Source: an uncultured Pseudomonadota bacterium (GTDB lineage: Bacteria; Myxococcota_A; UBA796; SXON01). From it: DNA of 64,000 nucleotides. Of this stretch, positions 31,701-37,370 are shown piece after piece. Every line of letters starts with the position of its first letter. Within the stretch, counting starts at the first letter, position 1. Below the pieces are notes generated by a model that was not told where the DNA came from, did not search any database, and saw only the letters and a list, made by a program, of their open reading frames with translations. The position numbers and the translations under genes are program-made. The stretch is taken from NCBI GenBank assembly GCA_903885375.1, contig CAISIK010000223.1:1443-65442 (forward strand). The letters run 5' to 3'.

Positions 31701-34700
31701 CCGCCGGGCCACCACGTCGAGGATGGTGCGGGCGATCTCGGGCGTGCCCACGCGCTCCGCTTCGGCGGCCACCGAGGGCGTGGAGTTGCGCGCGGCGAGC
31801 AGCGGCGTGGTGCTCCGACGCGGGCCGGACGTGCCGAAGATGTCGGTGCTCCCCTCGGGGCGCGCGGCGATCGGGAAGCCGAGCACGAAGAGCTCGGCGA
31901 GGGCGTCGAGGAAGGAGCTGGCCCCGCCGCGCTTCGGCTGGTTGGTGTACAGCGCCCGGTGGGGGCGGTGCTTGAGGATCTGGACGACGAAGCCGGAGAG
32001 CGCGCGCTTGGGACCGCACTCCACGAAGATGCGGGCGCCGTCGGCGTACATGCGCTCGACCTGGGCGATCCACTCCACCGGAGCCGCCACCTGCAGGGCG
32101 AGGTTCTCGATGATCTGCTCGCGGGCACCGGGCCCCGTGGGGTAGTACCGGCTGTCCACGTTGGTGGTGACCCGGCGGCGCGGCTCGCGGATGTCGAGCT
32201 GCTGGAGCACGCGCTTGAGCGGCTCCGAGGCGGGCGCCACGATCCGACTGTGGAAGGCGTGGCTGACCGGCAGCGGGTACACCGTGATGCCGCGGCTCTT
32301 GAAGAGCTCGCTCGCGGCCTCCACCGCATCCGACTCGCCCGCGATCACGGTTTGTGTGGGGCAGTTCTTGTTGGCCGGCACCACGTAGCCGGGCACCTCG
32401 GCGAGCACTTCCATGACCACGTCGGTGCTGGCGGCGATTCCCGCCATCTTGCCCACGTCATCGAGCTTTACGGCGGCCATCTCCCGGCCACGCGCGCTCA
32501 CGGCCACGAGGGCCTCGCGGAAGGTCAAGATGCCGGCGGCAACGAGCGCGCCGTACTCGCCGAGGCTGTGCCCGGCCACCATGTCGGGCCGCACGCCGTA
32601 GGCGCTCATCAGGCGGAGGATGGCCACATCGACCGTGAGCGTGGCGGGCTGGGAGATCGCCGTGTCGCGGAGGCGCTCGAACTGCTCCTCTTCGCTCAGC
32701 GCGTCGTCGCGCCGGATGAGCGAGGTCAAGGACCGGCCCAGGAGCGGCGTCATCACCTCGTCGGCTTCGGCGAAGGTGGCGGCCACGACCGGGAACTGCT
32801 CCGCGAGATCGAGGCCCATGCCGATGTATTGGCTGCCCTGCCCGGTGAAGAGGAAGGCGAGCTCGCCGTCGCACGGCACGTCTTCGAGCGCGATCCCGCG
32901 CTGGCGAACAAGGTCGTAGCCCTTGCCCTTGCGGACGGCCGACACGACCTTCTCGAGCTGGCCCACCAGCTCTTCCTGGTTCTGGGCATGCGCCGACACC
33001 CGCAACGGGGCATCGCCTTCGTAGGGAGCGGCCTCGCCGCGCTCGGCAAGGGCCGTGCAGCGCTCCACCATCTCCTCGGGCGTGTCCGCCGAGAGCGCCC
33101 ACAACCCCGTCGGGACCGGCACCACGCTGGGGGCACGCTCCACCTGGTTGACCGGCGCCTGCGGCTTCCGGCCCGCCGGAGCGGCCACCGCAACGGGAGC
33201 GGCCGGCGGCGGGTTGGCGGGGGCGAGCACCGAGTGCGAGCGGGGGGGCCAGCTCGCGGCCGGCGCATCGGGGGAAGAAGCCCGCGCCATGCCGGGGCGG
33301 AAGCCCTCGAGCACCACGTGGAAATTCGTGCCGCCAAAACCGAAGGAGCTGATGCCCGCGAAGCGCGGACCGTTGCCCTCCCAGGCCTCCGTGATGGTCT
33401 GCACCTTGAGCGGCACCCGCCCGAGGTCGATGTCCGGACGCGGCTTCTTGTAGTTGATGCTCGGCGGGAAGACGCCATGGTGGAGCGCGAGGCACACCTT
33501 CAACGCACTCGCGGCGCCCGCGGCGCTCTTGAGGTGGCCGATGTTCGACTTCACCGAGCCGATGCGCGAGGGCCGGTTGCGCCGCCCGCTGCCCACGAGT
33601 TCGGAGAGCGCGTCGACTTCGACCTTGTCGCCCACGACCGTACTCGTGCCGTGACACTCGAACAGGTCCACGTCGGCCGGGTCGATCCCGGCGTTCTCGT
33701 AGGCGCGGTGCAGCGCCCGCTTCTGCCCTTCGGGATTGGGCGCAGTGATCCCCTTGCCCTTGCCGTCGGAGCTGCCGCCGAACCCGCGGAGCACGGCGTA
33801 CACACGGTCGCCATCGCGGAGCGCATCGCTGAGCCGGCGCAGCACCAGGATGCCGACGCCCTCGCCCATGACGAAGCCGTTGGCGTCGGCATCGAAGGGG
33901 CGGCTCCCGTCGGGCGACAGCGCCCCGATCTTGGAGAACTTGGCATAGGTGGCCACGCCCATCGAGCGGTCGGCGCCGCCGGTGACCGCCATGTCGAAGT
34001 CACCATCCTGCAGGCCCTTCACGGCCGCCTGCATCGCCGCCATCGAGCCCGCGCACGCCGCATCCGTCGTGAAGTTGGGGCCGCCGAGGTTGAGCGCGTT
34101 GGTGATGCGGCCGGCCACCACGTTGGCCAACTCGCCGGGCATGGAGTCTTCGGTGATGGGCGGCAGGTTCCGCTTGAGCTGTTCTTCGTAGGCCGCGAGG
34201 ATGGCGGCCCGATCGTCGGTGGGCAGGGCCGCGAACCCCTTCACCTCGGTGAGCGCCTTCCGGATGGCCGGGAACATCACGCGGATCGTGTACTCGTCCG
34301 TGATCTCGCCACCCATCGAGTTGCCGAGGATCGTGGCCACGCGGGCGCGGTCGTAGTCGCGCGATTCGCCGTAGCCGGCGTCCTCGAGCGCATCGGCCGC
34401 GGCTTCGAGCGCCATCTGCTGGATGGGGTCGACGAGGCGTGCCACCGAAGGCGGGATGCGGAAACGTTTCGGGTTGAAGACGAAGTCGGTGACGAAGCCG
34501 CCGATGCGGGCGTACGTCTTGTCGGGGACGGACTTGTCGGCATCCCAGTAGAGCGCCGGATCCCAGCGCTCGCGGGGCACCTCGATGATGCCATCGAAGC
34601 CGGCCACGAGGTTCTCCCAGAGGCGGGAGACAGACGGGCTCCGGGGGAGACGGCAGCCGAGGCCGATGACGGCGATCGGCTCGTTGCGCTCGAACGGAAC

Positions 34701-35477
34701 GTGCGCTTCGTCGACCGCCGGCGCGGGCGGCGCCGAGGCCGGAGCCGACACCTCCACGGCCCGAGGCCGCGCCCCGTAGGCGCGGACCGCCGCGCCGACG
34801 TCGGCGTGGCGGCGGTAAAGGCCGGCGGCATGAAGCGCTCCCGCGCCGATGGGCCAAGCCGAAGCGTAGGCATCGCCGCTCGTGTACACGCCCGCGGCCA
34901 CCTCCTCCACCGCTTCGCCGGCCGCCACGCGACGCCAGGCCGGGCTGGCGAGGCTCGCAACGAGGTTCTGATCGCCGAAGCGACGGAAATCGGCGGCCGA
35001 GAGCCGGGCCAGACGCCCGTGGAGGCCCTCCGCGAGCGGGAGGTGGGCGAGGAGCACATCGCTGAGGACCAGCCCCACACCGGCCGGCAGGGGCACTTCG
35101 GGGGGGTGAGGCCAGTCGACGAGCACCGCCACGCCGGCGGGCATCTCGGCAAGCAGCTCGCGAACGTCATGACGCCCAGCACGACCGCCGCTCCCGAGCC
35201 CGCGCAACATCACGCCCGCGAAGCCGGCGGGCGGGGCGCCCGCGGTGGTCCGCTCGAGCCATGTGGGGCGGCTGGGATCCGGCTTGCCTTCCTGAACCAC
35301 CAACGGCCCCGTGCCGGGCGCGTGGGTGGCGGAGCGCGCTCGTACCCAGGCGCCCGGCGGCACCTCGGCGCTGTCGGCCGTACAATCGATCAGGACCTCG
35401 AGCCCCGCGGCCGCGAACGCAGCGGCGAGCTCCGCGAAGGCGGCAGGGAGGACGACGAGGCGATTCGGCACGGCCAT
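25740..35477 (-). CDS. PfaA-like iterative type I polyketide/fatty-acid synthase: degenerate N-terminal domain-KS-AT-ACP-KS-ACP-ACP-ACP-KR-DH-PPTase
   Basis: KS1 DAACAGS/ECHGTST/NIGHLK; AT FTGQGSQ/GHSLG/HAFHS; ACPs EADLGIDTVK x4; KS2 NAACAST/SHETYTP/TGHPMGA; KR TGGTRGIT/YSAAN; DH DHAIDNVPVLPG; Sfp-type PPTase SITH/GVDME/WSVKEAVLKALG. Start ATG 35477 or GTG 35537. Confidence 0.93.
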   Translation of the reverse strand: MAVPNRLVVLPAAFAELAAAFAAAGLEVLIDCTADSAEVPPGAWVRARSATHAPGTGPLVVQEGKPDPSRPTWLERTTAGAPPAGFAGVMLRGLGSGGRAGRHDVRELLAEMPAGVAVLVDWPHPPEVPLPAGVGLVLSDVLLAHLPLAEGLHGRLARLSAADFRRFGDQNLVASLASPAWRRVAAGEAVEEVAAGVYTSGDAYASAWPIGAGALHAAGLYRRHADVGAAVRAYGARPRAVEVSAPASAPPAPAVDEAHVPFERNEPIAVIGLGCRLPRSPSVSRLWENLVAGFDGIIEVPRERWDPALYWDADKSVPDKTYARIGGFVTDFVFNPKRFRIPPSVARLVDPIQQMALEAAADALEDAGYGESRDYDRARVATILGNSMGGEITDEYTIRVMFPAIRKALTEVKGFAALPTDDRAAILAAYEEQLKRNLPPITEDSMPGELANVVAGRITNALNLGGPNFTTDAACAGSMAAMQAAVKGLQDGDFDMAVTGGADRSMGVATYAKFSKIGALSPDGSRPFDADANGFVMGEGVGILVLRRLSDALRDGDRVYAVLRGFGGSSDGKGKGITAPNPEGQKRALHRAYENAGIDPADVDLFECHGTSTVVGDKVEVDALSELVGSGRRNRPSRIGSVKSNIGHLKSAAGAASALKVCLALHHGVFPPSINYKKPRPDIDLGRVPLKVQTITEAWEGNGPRFAGISSFGFGGTNFHVVLEGFRPGMARASSPDAPAASWPPRSHSVLAPANPPPAAPVAVAAPAGRKPQAPVNQVERAPSVVPVPTGLWALSADTPEEMVERCTALAERGEAAPYEGDAPLRVSAHAQNQEELVGQLEKVVSAVRKGKGYDLVRQRGIALEDVPCDGELAFLFTGQGSQYIGMGLDLAEQFPVVAATFAEADEVMTPLLGRSLTSLIRRDDALSEEEQFERLRDTAISQPATLTVDVAILRLMSAYGVRPDMVAGHSLGEYGALVAAGILTFREALVAVSARGREMAAVKLDDVGKMAGIAASTDVVMEVLAEVPGYVVPANKNCPTQTVIAGESDAVEAASELFKSRGITVYPLPVSHAFHSRIVAPASEPLKRVLQQLDIREPRRRVTTNVDSRYYPTGPGAREQIIENLALQVAAPVEWIAQVERMYADGARIFVECGPKRALSGFVVQILKHRPHRALYTNQPKRGGASSFLDALAELFVLGFPIAARPEGSTDIFGTSGPRRSTTPLLAARNSTPSVAAEAERVGTPEIARTILDVVARRTGIAVEDLSLDHDVEADLGIDTVKMADVIGTVRETLRLDPDPDFRMGQHRTLRQLVDYAARRSGFTRPSTMPERRGTSELGALPAPVAAPTVGAPTLPADSAARFLKEIAGQDLRGVDGSTFATAMLPALQGFLGAAWTAFQAAQAPVVVAAAPPPAPVRPAAPAAAPAPAERPAPVARAEIVCSGASLGLPGGTEVFEVDGIQRMLRGENRIGSVDETNLDRFLDKKLMRLTKDPQTGEGSFLPVESRDQVIRLAGRKSHFDLIADYGVDPGLARSLDITTQLAFAAAIEALRDAGIPLVRTYRHTTTGKDVATGWALPEAFRDGTGIVFASAFPGYDQLVGKLGENGGDGEGHFDRRFLFQVLSMGHSQLAQFLGARGPNTAVNAACASTTQAIAVAEDWLRLGRCERVIVVGADDVTSENLLQWIGAGFMAAGAATTTAEVENAALPFDRRRHGMILGMGAVGLVLERGPDVRARGMVPIAELLATHLANSAFHGTRLDASHIAREVKALVDRAVAASGVSHQTFAESCVFLSHETYTPARGGSAAAEMASLPNAFGAAASKVVIANTKGFTGHPMGAGVEDTVAIKSLQYQLVPPIPNLKERDPDLGELTLSTGGHYDIRYALRLAAGFGSQLALVAWKKVANGDVRVSDAAVYGQWLARVGGAAGSTTLENRQLRFVPDPNAARAAAPAAPAAPAPAAAAPKGSVSGAEVLQRLIGVVAQKTGYSREEIDPSYELEADLGIDTVKQAEIFAEVRDAYGLERDDSFKLADYPTVEKLAGWLASRAAGAITAVDAAAPAPAAAAPAPAAASPGVDRAEVLQRLITVVAAKTGYDVGEIDPGYELEADLGIDTVKQAEIFAEVRDAYGLERDDSFKLADYPTVAKLAGWLADKAAGAAPAPAPAPVAAPVPTPTPSAVAPPASLPASAPAEAAHAGHTEVLARLIGVVAARTGYEPSEIDPNYELEADLGIDTVKQAEIFGEVRDAYALERDDSFRLADYPTVDKLAGWLAGRIAAKAGAAEPVEAPAPAVAASVAAPAAVPEAVAPAPEAAVPTLLPHQLPPDFRVRRVVRVSHVKLPVSTLRGQVVWVLGGGELGEHLRDEIRNAGGRSEGDPDVVVDCGAPLLELFAQAQRLDGRRPRQWLSILTPPADLKAARDNGARAGLCKALGREWEGCRARVVSVRANWPELDAARAIVDEMGEGDAANEVWIGPAERDVAALAVETVPTEGHWPEHPVVILTGGTRGITAQVALELARRGPCTLVLVARTLPGLLPLDEEKERPLIRQALEATNKRVTPKMIEDRLKPLRVSEEARQNVEAMIALGALVELRALDLANPDAVRLAVAELRMKHPRIDLVVHGAGVEESRLLTDKDETAFRRVFDGKAEGGLALAEGLDASTFFVSMGSIAGRFGNAGQVDYSAANEAMAQVCLARPRSLHLAWTAWAGVGMAVRGGMESLLTSRGVELLPPQAGARLLCDLVASGVCGELVVAGRLGDFQSPSIHPLLDSVELVGDRAIGRRRMSVETDPWILDHAIDNVPVLPGVMGLEMMVGAALASDPRGRFVGFEDVTFSAPLKLHRDQAADIEVTAEPDEEGAWRCTLSSSRTLKNGRTQVTRHFEARVQLVEMPLLPALPGAWFPEERVSQKDIYRRFFHGARFQVLRAAEAVTVQGLLAEAVVEHGSIAEGLISEPLVLESAFQAAGLHRIALEGVMALPASIDAVELVRSAVEGESLQVVVHVRGGGYDIDVDGPEGRIMRVRGFRMVEKGPLPPGDRLPVPEGGWPSASIAASSESEALPPGDREKMEARGTAKRRADRVAGQLAALRAVEALEPGAALAVDREPGGRPIVVGGPPRLEVSITHTDGEALALAVRGARAGVDMEAITPRPASFVEEWFSETERGWAHTDEAITVVWSVKEAVLKALGVGMALNPREIEVVGVEAGVATVRLSGEVLAAHTALGGAPIRVRVGMHAGRVVVTAVFAA
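28660..29570 (-). repeat. Three tandem near-identical ACP-encoding units separated by Ala/Pro-rich linkers
   Basis: Repeated DNA (e.g. gcctgcttcacggtgtcgatgccgag) near 28765, 29125 and 29446. Confidence 0.9.
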
Positions 35478-35605
35478 GGGGAACGCTCCGCGCGCGCCCC
35501 TATCCGCGATCGCGACAGGGAGCGAATGAGCGGCCATTCAGCCACGCTGCCGGGGGCGCGGCGTCGGCAGCGGGTTTGCGGTTAGGCCTTCCCCCGGAGG
35601 ATCCC

Positions 35606-36307
35606 ATGCTCCCAGGTCTTGTCGTCGTGCTCCTCGCCACGCCCGCCGCCGAAGCGCGCTCCAGCGAGGGTACCGGTGCCTTCGAGCTCAGCCCACGCGT
35701 GAACCGGCGCTACCAGGACGTGATCGTGACCACCGATGGCAGCCGCTGGCGGGGCCGGGTGATCGCGCGTGGGGAGCAGTACCGGATCCGGCTCGAAGAC
35801 CAGAGCGAGCTGGTGATCGCGAAGGAGGACATCGTGTCGGTCACCCGGGAGCTCAACCCGGCGCTGGTGCACAACGGCCAGTGGGCCTTTCGTGCCACAC
35901 CGGGCTTCGAAGCGGCCTTCGTCATCGCCGACGAGGGCGGCGGCCCGCAATACGGAGGCCTCCTCGAGGTGGCGGTGGCCCACAACTGGGGCGGCAGCTT
36001 CGAGCCCGAGCTCACCATCACCCTCTCCCCGATCGGTCCGAAGGACAGCCTCACGGTGGAGGCCGGAGTTGGCATCCGGTACTACCTCCAGCCCGACAGC
36101 AAGACGAAGGCGTACACGAACACCCAACTCATCCTCTACGGCAACCGCGGCGACCTCGGGCTCCGCACCGGTCCTGGCTTCATGTGGGACATCAGCCCGG
36201 GCTTCGGGATTGGCACGAACCAGGGCGTCACCCTGCTCATCCAGGACAACCCCGCCGCGGTGGCCGTCGGCTACCACGCGGGATTGACCGTGCAAGGGCG
36301 ATTCTGA
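35606..36307 (+). CDS. Hypothetical outer-membrane beta-barrel protein with small N-terminal domain
   Basis: GGAGG RBS, signal peptide, alternating amphipathic strands, C-terminal Phe (GLTVQGRF). Confidence 0.7.
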   Translation: MLPGLVVVLLATPAAEARSSEGTGAFELSPRVNRRYQDVIVTTDGSRWRGRVIARGEQYRIRLEDQSELVIAKEDIVSVTRELNPALVHNGQWAFRATPGFEAAFVIADEGGGPQYGGLLEVAVAHNWGGSFEPELTITLSPIGPKDSLTVEAGVGIRYYLQPDSKTKAYTNTQLILYGNRGDLGLRTGPGFMWDISPGFGIGTNQGVTLLIQDNPAAVAVGYHAGLTVQGRF

Positions 36308-36326
36308 TAGGGTCCCCATGTAGAAG

Positions 36327-37370
36327 ATGTCGCACCCCTCCCGCATCCTGGTCGTTGACGACGAGCCCCTGAACCTGCAGGTGTTCGAATACAACTTCGC
36401 GGAGGAGTTCCCGCTGCTGTACGCGTCCGGAGCCGAGGAGGCGCTGGCGCTCCTGGAGGCCCACCCGGTCGCGGTGATCATCGCCGACCACCGGATGCCC
36501 GGGATGCTCGGGCTCGATCTGCTCGCCCTCGTCGCGCGGCGTTTTCCCGCGGTCGTGCGGATGCTCCTCACCGCCCACACCGACGTTCCGCTCCTGCTCG
36601 ATGCGGTCAATCGAGGTGACCTCTTCCGGTACGTGCCCAAGCCCTGGGAGCCCGACGGGATGCGCCAGGACATGCAGCTCGCCCTGTCGCGGCACGGCGA
36701 GGAAATCCAACGGCAGCGCCTCCTCCGCCACGCCGCCGAGCACGTGCACACCACCGGCGCGCTCACGGCCTCGTTGGCGAACTCGCTCGGCGAGGTCGAT
36801 GCGCTCCTCACCGAGGCCGCCAAGGGCGGCGAAGGCGCCGCCAACGCGGCGCTCGTGCGGGCCGCCCTGCGCGTGCGGACCCTGCACGAAGGCGCCCTCC
36901 GGGAGTCCCGGCGGCAGGCGAAGCCGCAGCGCGAGTCGGTGACCGAGCTCGTGAGCGAGGCCGTGAACGCCGTCGGGCTGTGGAATGCCGAGAGCGGCGT
37001 GGCCCTGGAGCTGATCGACGAGGCAAGCGCCGCACAGGTGATGGTGCCCGCCATGCGGCTGGTGGAGGCAGTCACCGCGCTGCTGCGAAACGCCACCGAG
37101 GCCGCCTCGGCCGGCCCCGCCCCCCGCTCGGTGCAGGTGCGGGTGGTCCGCGCGGCGTCCGATCGCGTTCGCATCGTGGTATCCGACTCCGGCGGAGGCT
37201 TTTCGCCAGAGGGTCGCCCGGAGCTCTTCGGCTCCACGCGTGGCCGCGCGGGCTTCGGCCTCGCCATCGCCGGGGCCCTCGCCAACGGTGCAGGCGGCCA
37301 GCTCGACCTTTCTGGAGCGCAGAGCGGGCGGGTAGCCCTCACGCTTCCGCTCGCGCCGCCGGGTCGCTGA
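36327..37370 (+). CDS. Response regulator receiver + degenerate histidine-kinase (HATPase) protein
   Basis: ILVVDDE, IIADHRMP, LTAH, VPKPW; N box LLRNATEA, DSGGG, GFGLAIA; H-box region GALTASLANSL has no His. Confidence 0.85.
   Translation: MSHPSRILVVDDEPLNLQVFEYNFAEEFPLLYASGAEEALALLEAHPVAVIIADHRMPGMLGLDLLALVARRFPAVVRMLLTAHTDVPLLLDAVNRGDLFRYVPKPWEPDGMRQDMQLALSRHGEEIQRQRLLRHAAEHVHTTGALTASLANSLGEVDALLTEAAKGGEGAANAALVRAALRVRTLHEGALRESRRQAKPQRESVTELVSEAVNAVGLWNAESGVALELIDEASAAQVMVPAMRLVEAVTALLRNATEAASAGPAPRSVQVRVVRAASDRVRIVVSDSGGGFSPEGRPELFGSTRGRAGFGLAIAGALANGAGGQLDLSGAQSGRVALTLPLAPPGR

Noticed and set aside
25740-35477. Enediyne PKS or canonical PUFA synthase cluster
   Set aside because: The extra KS and tandem ACPs do not fit PKSE and no enediyne cassette genes are adjacent; no pfaB/C/D partners or FabA-type DH domains nearby
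24711-35585. 3624-aa ORF on the + strand
   Set aside because: Antisense shadow of the PKS: strong GC3 bias removes stops on the opposite strand; no motifs; unnatural R/H/G-rich composition
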